Assembly: GCA_025980465.1 (NCBI GenBank)
Contig: JAICXJ010000007.1
Location: forward strand, 12,641-76,640
Direction: 5' to 3'
Source of the DNA: Frankiales bacterium
Lineage (GTDB): Bacteria; Actinomycetota; Actinomycetes; JAFAQI01
Length of the DNA stretch: 64,000 nucleotides
Shown: positions 10,033 to 19,870 of the stretch, piece after piece
How positions within the stretch are numbered: position 1 is the first letter of the stretch
Layout of the letters: every line of letters starts with the position of its first letter
Position numbers and translations under genes: made by a program
Notes under the pieces: generated by a model
What the model was told of the DNA's origin: nothing
Databases searched by the model: none
The model's input: the letters and a program-made list of their open reading frames with translations, nothing else

Positions 10033-10480
10033 CCTCAGTCCCGGACAACGGGGGACGGCACCCGAACGTGGGCGCCGTCCCCCCACTGTGGTGATCGCCG
10101 ACAACGACCCCACCATCGTCGAGTTGCTCCGGACCGACCTCTCACTCGAGGGCTACCACGTCGTCGCCACCGCGGACGGCGGCGAGGCTGCCGCGGCCGC
10201 CTGCGCCCGGTATCGGCCGGACGTCCTCATCGTCGACTACCGGATGCCCCCGGGACCCACCGGCCTGGAGACCATCGCGATGGTCCGGGCGGCCGGTGCG
10301 GCCGGTGCCATGGTGCTGTACACCAACTACCGCTCGCCTCGTCTCGTCTCGCAAGCGCGCTCGCATGGCGCGACCCTTGTCCCGAAGGGGTCACTGCGCG
10401 GGCTGCGGGAAGCCCTTGCCCACGTTGCGCCGCCTCCAGACGGCGCGGCTTCGGCACCGGAGTCGGCCGAGAGTGGATAA
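9968..10480 (+). CDS. single-domain response regulator (receiver only). True start probably the in-frame GTG at 10091, giving a 129 aa receiver
   Basis: VVIADNDPTIVELL...VLIVDYRMPPGPTGLETI...LVPKG receiver signature. The ORF-track ATG at 9968 overlaps kinase 2 by 65 nt, whereas GTG 10091 starts exactly at the receiver fold. The stop is 10 nt before the AftD-like gene. Confidence 0.75.
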   Translation: MAARSSPSSSPWPAGPLALAADLSPGQRGTAPERGRRPPTVVIADNDPTIVELLRTDLSLEGYHVVATADGGEAAAAACARYRPDVLIVDYRMPPGPTGLETIAMVRAAGAAGAMVLYTNYRSPRLVSQARSHGATLVPKGSLRGLREALAHVAPPPDGAASAPESAESG

Positions 10481-10489
10481 CTTCGGGGG

Positions 10490-13400
10490 GTGAGTCGTCC
10501 GGCGCCGTCGGCTGCGGCATCGCCGAAAGCGCCGGGCCCAGATGGGTGGCCAGATTCCACGAGCGACGCTCCCCCATCGCGGCGACTTCAACTCGCCACC
10601 GTATGTCTCGGACTGGCGCTGCTGGTGTTCTGGCAGTCAGCCGGCCAGGTCGGCGCCGACACCAAGCTCGACCTGATCGTCGCGCCGGCCCGGTTCCTGT
10701 CGAACTCACTGCGGATGTGGGATCCACTCAGCGACTCCGGCACCTTGCAGAACCAGGCCTACGGATACCTCTTCCCCATGGGCGCGTTCTTCGCCCTCGG
10801 CCACCTGGTCCACCTGCCGGCCTGGATCGTCCAACGCGGCTGGGAATCGCTCATCGTGGTCGCGGCGTTTCTCGGCACCTTCCGGCTCTCGGGGCTTCTC
10901 GGTCTCAAGCGATTCTGGCCGCGGGTCGCCGCCGGCCTGGCCTATGCGCTCGCCCCCCGCATGCTCAGCGAACTGGGCCAGATCTCGAGCGAGCTGATGC
11001 CGTTTGCCGCGGCGCCGTGGGTGCTGATCCCGCTCGTCCGTGGCAGCCGGGACGGCTCACCACGTCGGGCCGCGGCGCGCTCCGGCGTCGCGCTGCTGTT
11101 CGCCGGTGGGGTCAACGCCGCAGCCACTGCGGCGATCCTGCCGCTCCCGGTCTGGTGGCTGGTCACCCGCGAACGCGGACCGCGCCGTGCGGCGCTCGCC
11201 CGCTGGTGGGTGCTCGCCACCGCCCTGGCGTCGCTGTGGTGGGCCATCCCGCTCGCTGTCCTCGGCCGGTACGCGCCGCCGTTCCTCAACTACATCGAGT
11301 CGAGTTCGGTCACTACCCGGCAGACCACGATGGCGACCTCGCTGCGCGGCGCGGAGCACTGGATCGGCTACCTCGGACCGAGCTTCTGGCCGGCTGCCTG
11401 GTCGCTGGTCTCCTCCACCCCGGTCGTGCTGGGTACGGCGGTGGTCGCCGCAGCCGGCCTCGCCGGGATGTCTCGCGCCCGCGCCCGCGACCGGTTGTTC
11501 CTGTCGCTGTCGCTGGTGACCGGCCTGGTCCTGGTCACACTCGGCCACGCCGGGTCGGTGCACCCACTCGCGGCGGGCGCTTGGCGGCGAGCACTCGATG
11601 GATCGCTCGATGCCTTCCGCAACGTGCACAAGTTCGACCCGATCGTGCGGCTGCCGCTGTCCATCGGGGTCGGCTGGGCCATGTCCGGCCTCGCCGACTG
11701 GCTCGGCGTACCTCGCCGCCGGCGGCTGCGGCTGCGGGCGGTCACCGCGCAGCGGGCCTTCGCGATGCTGGTGGTCGGCTGCGTCACCGGGCTGTCAGTG
11801 GCGCCGGCGTTCGCCAACCAGCTGATCGCGCACCCGCGCGACACGACCGACCCGATCTGGTGGTCGCAGACCGCGAACTGGCTCGCCGATCACAGTGACG
11901 GCGGCCGGGCCCTCATCGTCCCAGCCGCCAACACTCCTTATTACTTGTGGGGAGACCCGAACGACGACGCGATCCAGCCCTACGCCCACTCACCGTGGGC
12001 TACCCGCAACTCGATCCCGCTGGCCCAGCCCGGGTACATCCGGTTGCTCGACCAGATCGACGCGGTTCTCTCCGATGCAACCGCCGATGACGCCCTCGCG
12101 CCGCTGCTGGCTCGATCTGGGATCCGCTACGTCGTCGTCCGCCAGGACCTCGATGTCGCGAAGTCCGGTGGCACCCCGCTGCCATTCATCGACACGACGC
12201 TGTCCGACTCTCCCGGCTTCCGGTTGGCACAACGCTTTGGCCCGAACCTCGACGCCGGCGCGTTCAACGACCTCATCGATCAGGGAGCCACTACCCCCGG
12301 CACCGTCCTGATCTGGCAGAACCTCGACTGGCACAGCCGGGTGAGCCTCGACCCAGTGGCAGCGACGGTTGTCGCCAACGGCTCTGCCGACAACCTGCCA
12401 CAGCTGATCGCGGACGGCCTCAAGCCGGATCAGGCGGTGATCTTCGGCCGGACCCCGCGAGCACTGACCGGTCGCGGCACGCCGTACCGCATCCTCGACG
12501 ACGGGACCCGGCGCCGCGAGGCGTCGTTCGGATCGACGCAGGTCTACAGCGGCACGATGTTCACCGATCAGCCCTACCGCCTCGATCGGCCGTCGCACGA
12601 CTACCTGCCGTCGCCCGCGCCGGCGCTGTCGACGTACCGGACCATCGGGATTCGTAGCGTGACCGCCTCGAGCTCGGGCACCGACGTCGACGCGTTCATC
12701 AATCGTGGACCGACCGACGGCCCGTGGAACGCCCTCGACGGCAGCCTGCAGACCGCATGGCGATCCGGCTCGTTCCCCGGGCTGGTCGGACAGTGGCTAC
12801 AGGTCGACCTCAACCACCCGATCAGCTCGCCGACCGCGGCAATCGCGGTCACCGGCGTCGCCGGCGATCTGCCCAGCCAGGTCGTGGTGAGCACCTCGTC
12901 GGGCAGCGTGGTCGACGATCTGACGCCGACCTACCGGCGCCAGCCCCTTGCCACGCCGGATGGACCTGCCGCCTGGATCCGGGTGACGGTCCGCCAGACG
13001 TCCGACCGGCGGCCGGGGTTCGGCGCCGGCATCGCAGACCTGGAAATCACCGGGGTGCATCCCGCCCGCACCCTCGTCGTTCCCTCGACCGGCACGCCGC
13101 AGGGGATCGGGTTCGGTGTCGAGGCCGGCAACCGGCCCGCCTGTCTGACGGTCGGAGGGGTTGCCGCCTGCGACGGGAGCTGGCTCACCTACGGCGAGGA
13201 GGCGGCCCTCGACCGTAGCTTCACCACCGCGACTACCCAGAGCTATCGCGCCGGCGGGCAAGTCGAGCTCCACGGCGGCGCCGCGCTCAACCGGGCTCTC
13301 GCAGCGGGAGACCCGCTCACAGCCCGGGCGAGCTCCACCGATTCGACTGACCCGCGGGAGCAGGCAGGTGCCGCGGTCGACGGGGATCCACGGACCGGTT

Positions 13401-14725
13401 GGGTGGCCGCCGCAGGCGATCCGACGCCGACCCTGCACATCCGAAGCCGCCGTCATCGCCTCACCGCGATCCGTCTTCGCCCGGTGCCCGGCGCCGCTGT
13501 GACTCAGCCACACGAGGTGACGGTGACCGCCGGCTCGGCCCGCGTGACCGCATTCGTGCCACCCGATGGCATCATCCGGCTTCCGGCAGCGGTGCGGGCC
13601 GCCGCCGTCACCCTCACCATCGACGAGAGCGGGATTCGCAGCTCCACCAGCTCGATCAACGGCAGTACCAAACTGCTGCCGGTCGGGATCGGCGAGGTCG
13701 AACTGCTTGGCCCGAAACGGGCATGGCACGGCACGGCACGGCGGAGCCTCGCCGTACCGTGCGGCCACGGGCCGGTGATGACGATCGATGGCCATCACCT
13801 GCCGACGTCGCTGACTGCCTCGCGTACGGCGGCGCTCGCCGGCCTGCCGGTCGGTTTGCGTGCCTGCGGCGCAGCCAGCAGAACTGGTCGCATCAGGCTG
13901 CCCGCCGGGTCGCACCGCATCGTGCTGCTGCCCAATGCCCTGACGACCCCGGTAACCGCGTCGCTCACCGCGGCGCCGCTGCCGGCGGCCGCGTCACCGG
14001 GTCGGGTCGGGGTCGTGCGGTGGCTGAGCACCAGCCGCGCGGTACGGGTATCGACGAGTCGCTCAGCACTCCTGGTGGTGCCGGAGAACGTCAACGCCGG
14101 CTGGCAGGCGACTCTCGACGGCCATCACCTACCAGCGGTCACTGTCGACGGATGGCAACAGGGCTGGGTGTTGCCGGGCCACGCAGCCGGGGTGGTGTCG
14201 ATGCGCTTCACGCCGCAGACCGCGGTGACGGCTGGTCTCGTCGGCGGCGGCGTGGCGGCGTTGGTGTTGGTCGCAGCGGCGGTCGTTCCGTCGCGGCCGC
14301 GACGGAGGACAGCGCGAGCCGGAGCCGCCCGACCCGGTTACCGAACGGTTGCCGCTCTCGTTCTGCTGAGTGGCCTGCTACTCGGGTCGTTGCCCGGCCT
14401 GGCGGTTGCAGTGGGCGTACTGATCGTGGACCGCGGGCTGCGCCGCGACCATCACGGGCGGATTCGGGCGACGGCCGTTGCAGTGACGCTGGCAGCTGTC
14501 GCCGTCGCGGTTGCCCTTCGCCCGGCCACCGACGTGCTGCCGGCTTCGCCCAGTCAGCCGCTCGCCGGTAACGCGGTTGTCCAACTGGTGTGCATCTTCG
14601 CTGTGGCGCTCACCCTGCTCGGCTCAGGCGCGGGCAGCCGAGCCGCTGCCCCGCAGTCGGACCAGTCCAAGCCGACGCGATCTCGGCGTGCCCGACGCCG
14701 CCGCGCGGGACCGCCAGGAGACTGA
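10490..14725 (+). CDS. AftD-like alpha-(1->3)-arabinofuranosyltransferase family protein (DUF3367 polytopic N-domain plus two F5/8 type C/discoidin-like domains plus C-terminal TM bundle)
   Basis: 1411 aa. About 10 N-terminal TM helices with a DTKLDL motif. Discoidin-like motifs ALDGSLQTAWRSG...GQWLQVDL and AVDGDPRTGWVAA...PTLHI. C-terminal TM segments. Size and architecture match the AftD family. Confidence 0.65.
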   Translation: MSRPAPSAAASPKAPGPDGWPDSTSDAPPSRRLQLATVCLGLALLVFWQSAGQVGADTKLDLIVAPARFLSNSLRMWDPLSDSGTLQNQAYGYLFPMGAFFALGHLVHLPAWIVQRGWESLIVVAAFLGTFRLSGLLGLKRFWPRVAAGLAYALAPRMLSELGQISSELMPFAAAPWVLIPLVRGSRDGSPRRAAARSGVALLFAGGVNAAATAAILPLPVWWLVTRERGPRRAALARWWVLATALASLWWAIPLAVLGRYAPPFLNYIESSSVTTRQTTMATSLRGAEHWIGYLGPSFWPAAWSLVSSTPVVLGTAVVAAAGLAGMSRARARDRLFLSLSLVTGLVLVTLGHAGSVHPLAAGAWRRALDGSLDAFRNVHKFDPIVRLPLSIGVGWAMSGLADWLGVPRRRRLRLRAVTAQRAFAMLVVGCVTGLSVAPAFANQLIAHPRDTTDPIWWSQTANWLADHSDGGRALIVPAANTPYYLWGDPNDDAIQPYAHSPWATRNSIPLAQPGYIRLLDQIDAVLSDATADDALAPLLARSGIRYVVVRQDLDVAKSGGTPLPFIDTTLSDSPGFRLAQRFGPNLDAGAFNDLIDQGATTPGTVLIWQNLDWHSRVSLDPVAATVVANGSADNLPQLIADGLKPDQAVIFGRTPRALTGRGTPYRILDDGTRRREASFGSTQVYSGTMFTDQPYRLDRPSHDYLPSPAPALSTYRTIGIRSVTASSSGTDVDAFINRGPTDGPWNALDGSLQTAWRSGSFPGLVGQWLQVDLNHPISSPTAAIAVTGVAGDLPSQVVVSTSSGSVVDDLTPTYRRQPLATPDGPAAWIRVTVRQTSDRRPGFGAGIADLEITGVHPARTLVVPSTGTPQGIGFGVEAGNRPACLTVGGVAACDGSWLTYGEEAALDRSFTTATTQSYRAGGQVELHGGAALNRALAAGDPLTARASSTDSTDPREQAGAAVDGDPRTGWVAAAGDPTPTLHIRSRRHRLTAIRLRPVPGAAVTQPHEVTVTAGSARVTAFVPPDGIIRLPAAVRAAAVTLTIDESGIRSSTSSINGSTKLLPVGIGEVELLGPKRAWHGTARRSLAVPCGHGPVMTIDGHHLPTSLTASRTAALAGLPVGLRACGAASRTGRIRLPAGSHRIVLLPNALTTPVTASLTAAPLPAAASPGRVGVVRWLSTSRAVRVSTSRSALLVVPENVNAGWQATLDGHHLPAVTVDGWQQGWVLPGHAAGVVSMRFTPQTAVTAGLVGGGVAALVLVAAAVVPSRPRRRTARAGAARPGYRTVAALVLLSGLLLGSLPGLAVAVGVLIVDRGLRRDHHGRIRATAVAVTLAAVAVAVALRPATDVLPASPSQPLAGNAVVQLVCIFAVALTLLGSGAGSRAAAPQSDQSKPTRSRRARRRRAGPPGD

Positions 14726-15856
14726 GAACCGCCGCAGCAGCGGGCGCTCCCACAGATACCAGCTGAGGCCGCCGGCCGCGACCGACACCGCGACCGAGGC
14801 CAGGAACAGCGGGGCGAAATGGCCACTGAAGACCGGCCAGCCAAGCGCCGACTGCAGGTGGAGCACGATCGCGGTCTGCCACAGGTAGAGGCCGTATGAG
14901 CATTCGCCGAGCCACCGGGCGAATCTGTTCCCCAGCATCAGATCGGTCCACTGCTCGGCGCCGGCTACCAGCGGCAACAACAAGAAGAACGCCGACCCGC
15001 CGTACAGCAGGTGTTTGAGCGTCCACTCCCAGGTGCTGGCCGGCGAGACGTCACGCGGACCGCCGATCGGTGTCGTCGTGAACCACAGCAGGATCAGTCC
15101 GAGAGCCCAGCAGGTGCCGGGACACGATGCCCATCGCCGGGGCACGCCATACCACGAAGCCGGCAGCGCGCCCTCGACGGTCAACGCCGCCAGCCCGATC
15201 CCGAGAGCGAACCAGTCGAGGTAGTTGGGCAGCCACAGCAGCGACTCCGTCTCCGATCCGATCGCGGAGTGGATGAACAACTCGCTGGCCAGCGCCGCCG
15301 CGACCATGACGACGAGCAGCGCCGCCAATCGCCAGGTGTGACGGATCGGGAACCGCCGGGCGACCAGCAACAGCATCGGCAGCGCGAGATAGAACGACAG
15401 CTCGACGCCGAGCGTCCACATCTGCGAGAGGTCAGGGTTGAGGTTGCGGTGGTCGTAGGTCTGAATCAGCAGCAGGTAGCTCCACCAGTCACTCTTCGTG
15501 GGCCGGGTGGGGCTGAGCCAGAGGAGCACCACCGTGATCGCAAGCCAGTACGCCGGCAGGATTCGTAAGAATCGGCGACGCCAGAACGTCCTCAGTCCCT
15601 GCCAGTGCAACCGGTGCGGCTCGGCGAGGAACTGGCGAGAGAGCAGAAACCCGGAGAGCAGGAAGAACAGCGTGACGCCGAACTCGAGCCGCGCCAGCAG
15701 CCCGGCGAACGGCCGGTGTCCGAGCGAACGGCCGCTGAGAAATCCGGCGTGGGTTCCGATCACGGCGATCGCCGCGATCGCCCGAGCGCCGGACAGCGCC
15801 GGGAAGTCGCGGCGCGCGGTGATCGGGCGAGCTGTCGCCGCGGTCGCCCCGGGCAT
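14624..15856 (-). CDS. acyltransferase family 3 (OafA/NolL-like) integral membrane acyltransferase
   Basis: 410 aa with 10+ TM. N-terminal FPALSGARAIAAIAVIGTHAG is typical of Acyl_transf_3. Its start ATG overlaps the stop of the upstream GT::MT gene (ATGA). Confidence 0.8.
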   Translation of the reverse strand: MPGATAATARPITARRDFPALSGARAIAAIAVIGTHAGFLSGRSLGHRPFAGLLARLEFGVTLFFLLSGFLLSRQFLAEPHRLHWQGLRTFWRRRFLRILPAYWLAITVVLLWLSPTRPTKSDWWSYLLLIQTYDHRNLNPDLSQMWTLGVELSFYLALPMLLLVARRFPIRHTWRLAALLVVMVAAALASELFIHSAIGSETESLLWLPNYLDWFALGIGLAALTVEGALPASWYGVPRRWASCPGTCWALGLILLWFTTTPIGGPRDVSPASTWEWTLKHLLYGGSAFFLLLPLVAGAEQWTDLMLGNRFARWLGECSYGLYLWQTAIVLHLQSALGWPVFSGHFAPLFLASVAVSVAAGGLSWYLWERPLLRRFSVSWRSRAAASGTPRSRRLGLVRLRGSGSAARA

Positions 15857-17835
15857 CAGGGCCGCTTTCGCAGCACCAGCAGGACGTTCCAGCAGGCGTA
15901 CTCACGTAGGCCCGGCACTGCAATGACGCGCTGCGCCCAGCTCGGGTGATAGCGCGGCTGCACCGCGACTCGCTCGACCGCGCCCGACTGCACCGCGGCG
16001 TCGGTCCACCGCAGCATGCGCGCGACGGACACCGGGAACAGGCTGCTGCCGAAGTCGTTCTTCGGGCGGTGCCCGGTACGCCGCGCGTAACGGGCAGCGG
16101 CCCGTCGACCACCGATGAGCAGGTGCCACGGCTTCGTCTCGTGCCCGCCGTTGGGCGAGCGCCAGTTCGTGTAGCTGAGATAGACCAGGCCGCCCGGGCG
16201 GGTGACCCGCACCATTTCATCGGCCAGCTCCTCAGGCCGCGGCACGTGCTCCAGCGCGTTGCTCGAGAAGGCGATGTCGACACTCGCCGTGCGCAGTGGC
16301 AGTTGCATCCCGTCGCCGAGCACGGTCGGGCCGGCAGCGCCGCCGCGGGCGTAGACCTCACCCGGATCGGGATCGAGGACGACGTAGTTCGCGCCGCGAC
16401 GGTTGAACTCGTCGCGGAAGTAGCCCGGCCCGCCGCCGATGTCGACGACGGTTGTGCCCGGCAGCGTCGTCCATTGCTCGATCTGGTCGACACTGTCCTG
16501 CGAGAGTGCGGTGTAGAAGCGGTCCGGGTCATCCTGCTCATGCCGAAAGTCGGCGAACAGCCGGAGGCTGCGAGCAAGGTCGGCGCGAAACGGAGTCGCC
16601 GATTGCGATGACACGTCTATCTCCCGGCTCGAGCCTTCCAGCACCTCGTCGAGCAGTGCGACCCACCGGCTCGCGGCATGGGCCCAGGTGTAGAGCCCGG
16701 CCCGTGCCGCCGCGGCACGACCCAGCTCCTCGCGGCGAGCCCGGTCGGCCAGCAAACGAGCGACGGTCGCGGTGTACTCGCCTTGGCCGCCGGCGACCAG
16801 GACGCCGGTCATCCCGTCGACGATCGACTCGCCCAGGCCACCGGCTCCGGCGAAGCCGACGGTCGGCGTGGCGAAGCTGGCAGCCTCCATGACGGTCAGG
16901 CCCCACCCTTCTTTCACACTCGGTGCGGCATGCAGCCACGCAGCGGCGAGCAGGTCGCTCTTGGTCTGCTCGTCGACCCGACCGTGGAAGCGCACCCGAT
17001 CGCCGATACCGAGCCGAGCCGCTTCGGTGACCAATTGCGCATGCCACCAACCTTCCCCGACCACGTCCACGATGAGGTCGGGGAAGCTCGCGCGAAGATC
17101 CGCGACGGTCTGCAGCACGATCTCGACTCGCTTGTGCGGCACCAGGCGGCCGAGGACGACGACCCGCGGGGTGCGCGAGCGGCCGGCGCGCGACGCCGGC
17201 ATCTCGGGGGTGCCGTTGTAGATCACTCGAATCCGCGACGGCGCAACGCCGAGCCGCGACAGCTCATCCGCTGAGGATCGGCTGACCGTCACGTACTGAC
17301 GTCGGCGGTAGAGCCGCGGCGCGACCCGTGACTCGAGCCACCAGCCGGCCCGCGCGGCGATGCCCTTCATCGCGATCCGCCACTGCTCGCGGTGGACGTG
17401 GTGCACGAGGGTCACGCCCGGACCTCGGCGGACCAGCGAAGTGAGCCAGGGCACCCCGTTCTGGACGTCGACGACGATGTCGGCGCGGACCGTACGACGA
17501 ACGAAGGCCAGCGCGGCGTGCAGGTAAACGGTGAGCCGGCCACCTCGACGGCGGTAGCACACGCCGTCGCGCACCTCGTCCGCCGCGGCGCCCGCCACGG
17601 CCGCGCAGAGCAGGGTGACCTCGTTGCCGAGCGCGGCGAGCGAGCGGGCGATCTCCTCGACGTAGAGCTCGCTGCCCCCGCCCTCGGGGTGGCTGAGGTC
17701 ACGCCAGTTGCAGATGGCGATCCGGGCTTGGCCTCGCCGCACCGGGCCGCCGACGAGGGGCCCGGTCGCTTCCAGGTCAGCCTCGGCTCGCGCCCGCTGC
17801 CGTGGGATGGCGGGCGCGAGGACGCGGCCGGTCAC
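15856..17835 (-). CDS. bifunctional fusion: GT4-family glycosyltransferase (N) plus class I SAM methyltransferase (C)
   Basis: 659 aa. Residues about 30-400 are GT-B/GT4 (EGWGLTVMEAASFATPTV E-x7-E region). Residues about 430-659 are Methyltransf_11 (VVDIGGGPGYF...VDIAFSSNALEHV...VTRPGGLVYLS). Its start ATGA-overlaps the upstream MFS stop. Confidence 0.8.
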   Translation of the reverse strand: MTGRVLAPAIPRQRARAEADLEATGPLVGGPVRRGQARIAICNWRDLSHPEGGGSELYVEEIARSLAALGNEVTLLCAAVAGAAADEVRDGVCYRRRGGRLTVYLHAALAFVRRTVRADIVVDVQNGVPWLTSLVRRGPGVTLVHHVHREQWRIAMKGIAARAGWWLESRVAPRLYRRRQYVTVSRSSADELSRLGVAPSRIRVIYNGTPEMPASRAGRSRTPRVVVLGRLVPHKRVEIVLQTVADLRASFPDLIVDVVGEGWWHAQLVTEAARLGIGDRVRFHGRVDEQTKSDLLAAAWLHAAPSVKEGWGLTVMEAASFATPTVGFAGAGGLGESIVDGMTGVLVAGGQGEYTATVARLLADRARREELGRAAAARAGLYTWAHAASRWVALLDEVLEGSSREIDVSSQSATPFRADLARSLRLFADFRHEQDDPDRFYTALSQDSVDQIEQWTTLPGTTVVDIGGGPGYFRDEFNRRGANYVVLDPDPGEVYARGGAAGPTVLGDGMQLPLRTASVDIAFSSNALEHVPRPEELADEMVRVTRPGGLVYLSYTNWRSPNGGHETKPWHLLIGGRRAAARYARRTGHRPKNDFGSSLFPVSVARMLRWTDAAVQSGAVERVAVQPRYHPSWAQRVIAVPGLREYACWNVLLVLRKRP

Positions 17836-19577
17836 GTCGGTCCGGCGTCAACCCGGCTGTGGGCGGCCAGGTCGATCTCGGCCCCGGCGTCGTGTGCGCC
17901 GGTCGCCGGCGTCGGGATGAGCGACATGATCTCGGCGTCGCGACGAGCCAGCGCTTCACGGGCTCGGCGTGGTCGCCAGTAGCCGGCCATCAGGAAGATC
18001 ATCGGGATGAAGATGATCTGCCCGGCCGCGCAGACCCAGATCCAGTGCTGCCACTGAGTCGGTGCCTTTGCCTGAGCCGCCTGGACCGCCGGCGCATGAG
18101 CGCCGAGGTATTTGAGGTCAGCCTGCGCTGCCGGGTTCTGCAGCTGACTGAGCGCGGTCGGCCCAACGGTGATCAGCGCGTGGTTGAGCACGGCCGGCGG
18201 GATCTTGGTCGGGTCCGAGTACTGCCCGAGCTGGGCGAAGACCTCCGGGTGGGCCTGTAGCTCGGCGTACAGCTGTGGGAATGCCTTCGCGGTGGCTGCG
18301 GCATGGGTCTGCACGGCCGGGCCGTCATCGACCAAGGGGGTCACCGAGTTCACGACGTGCGGCAGGACCAGGAAGCTGGCCGACACGATCAGCCGCAGCA
18401 GCCATCCCCAGATCGCAAGGCCGTGGGCGGACAGTGCCGGGTTACGACGCTCGACGGTCTCGGTGAAACCGGCCATCCACGGTGCGAACGTCGCACCGGA
18501 CCAGACACCGATGAGGACCAGCAGGGTGGCGATGCTGGCGAAGCTCGGCGTGCCCTCACCGACCTTGTGGATGAAGGTGATGGTGGTGACGCAGGTCATG
18601 ATGCTGCCGACAAGCATGAACGGCTTGCGCACCGCGAACCGGTCGGAGAGCGCACCCCAGCACAGCAACGAGATTGCGTTGGCGCTCCAGTACCAGTTCA
18701 GCAGGCTGTTCGCCTGGCTCTGGCTGAAGCCCAACGTGGTCTCGAACAGGATCGGGAAGAACGCGACCGCGATGTAGTAGATCTGCAGGAACAGCGCGAT
18801 CGCGATCGCGGACAGAACGATGTCGGCCTTGAACATCTGCCGCCACGGATGGCGGGTGGCCTGCTCCAGATCCAGGCCGCGTGCCTTCACCGCGAGAACC
18901 GTTTGCTCCTCCAGCGACACCATGACCTGGTCGCGGAGCCTGGCGTTGAGCTCGCGCAGTGTGAACAGCGCGATCGCCGAGACCACCAATCCCGCGATAC
19001 CTGCGATCCGGAACTGGTCCTGCCAGGTCGGAAGCGAGTTGAGGGTGTGGCTGGAGACCTCCGACGTCACCAGGCTGCCGAGCACTGGACCCATCGCCCA
19101 GAACGCCATCGCGGATGCACGGCCGACCTGCGGGCTGAAGTCCCGGACCAGCGCCGGAGTGGCCACGAGGATGACGCCTTCGACCATGCCGGCAGCGCCG
19201 TTCCACATGATGTAGGGGATCTTCGTGTGCGCGCTCGTGACCCCGAACGTCGCGATGAGCGAGGTGATGATCGTCCCGAACACGACGAGGTTCGCTCGAC
19301 CGATCCGGTCGGAGATGCCAGCCGCGAGTGAGGCGAACGCGCCGATCGCGTTCGAGATGACGATGCCGGTGACGTAGAAGAGGAACGTCATGTGGAATCC
19401 GCCGAGGATCTGCGTGCCGACGGATCCAGCGACGTAGAGCTGGTAATACAAAACGACCGTGGTGAAGACCACGATCGACAGGTAGGTGTAGCGGGGAAGC
19501 GTGTCGGGATAGGCGTCGAGATCACGACGCCAGAGTCGATTTAAACCAAATGGCTGAAGTGTCGCTGCTGACGCCAT
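17832..19577 (-). CDS. MFS transporter (14-TM type with extended C-terminal region)
   Basis: 581 aa. MFS motifs GAFASLAAGISDRIGRAN and repeated TM pattern. Confidence 0.8.
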   Translation of the reverse strand: MASAATLQPFGLNRLWRRDLDAYPDTLPRYTYLSIVVFTTVVLYYQLYVAGSVGTQILGGFHMTFLFYVTGIVISNAIGAFASLAAGISDRIGRANLVVFGTIITSLIATFGVTSAHTKIPYIMWNGAAGMVEGVILVATPALVRDFSPQVGRASAMAFWAMGPVLGSLVTSEVSSHTLNSLPTWQDQFRIAGIAGLVVSAIALFTLRELNARLRDQVMVSLEEQTVLAVKARGLDLEQATRHPWRQMFKADIVLSAIAIALFLQIYYIAVAFFPILFETTLGFSQSQANSLLNWYWSANAISLLCWGALSDRFAVRKPFMLVGSIMTCVTTITFIHKVGEGTPSFASIATLLVLIGVWSGATFAPWMAGFTETVERRNPALSAHGLAIWGWLLRLIVSASFLVLPHVVNSVTPLVDDGPAVQTHAAATAKAFPQLYAELQAHPEVFAQLGQYSDPTKIPPAVLNHALITVGPTALSQLQNPAAQADLKYLGAHAPAVQAAQAKAPTQWQHWIWVCAAGQIIFIPMIFLMAGYWRPRRAREALARRDAEIMSLIPTPATGAHDAGAEIDLAAHSRVDAGPT

Positions 19578-19711
19578 TTGCGTGCGCCTCCGTCGCCAGA
19601 CCCGGCATTTGTCAGCCAGGTGTTAAGGCGGAACGTAAGTGACGTACGCCACATCACACAGAGTTTCCGACGCAAACGAACAGTTCAGGCTAGGTAAATG
19701 ATCATCAATAA

Positions 19712-19870
19712 CTACTTGCTGTTGCTCCCATAGAGTGGCGTCGACGTCGCGATGGTGGGAGCCGGTCGGTTGTGGCTCGAGAGCGAGGAGACGACGCCTC
19801 CGACGGTTGAGCCGACGAGGAGCGTTGAGGCCAAGACCCAAAGAAGCGGCTTCACAATTGCCAGATGCAT
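19712..19870 (-). CDS. candidate 52-codon sORF encoding a signal-peptide/TM-like small protein
   Basis: Hand-translated from the reverse strand: MHLAIVKPLLWVLASTLLVGSTVGGVVSSLSSHNRPAPTIATSTPLYGSNSK. GAGGAA sits 6 nt upstream of the ATG. Lies in an atypically AT-rich intergenic region. Not in the ORF track because it is under 60 aa. Confidence 0.25.
   Translation of the reverse strand: MHLAIVKPLLWVLASTLLVGSTVGGVVSSLSSHNRPAPTIATSTPLYGSNSK

Noticed and set aside
10546-11898. 450-aa plus-strand ORF (and several others at 11057..11629, 11368..11844, 12797..13915, 13399..14571) lying inside the AftD-like gene
   Set aside because: Arg/Pro/Gly/Ala-dominated translations are typical of out-of-frame reading in 70% GC DNA. 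They fully overlap a gene with coherent TM and discoidin domain structure and have no recognisable motifs.
13725-13745. (GGCAC)x3 micro-tandem repeat inside the AftD-like gene
   Set aside because: Short, in-frame (encodes HGTARR-like residues) and of no structural significance. It is a trivial slippage-prone tract.
19623-19841. 72-aa minus-strand ORF in the AT-rich intergenic island
   Set aside because: The alternative frame on the same strand gives a far more protein-like product (signal-peptide sORF) with an RBS. This frame yields an Arg-rich peptide lacking features, so I kept the other frame as the candidate.
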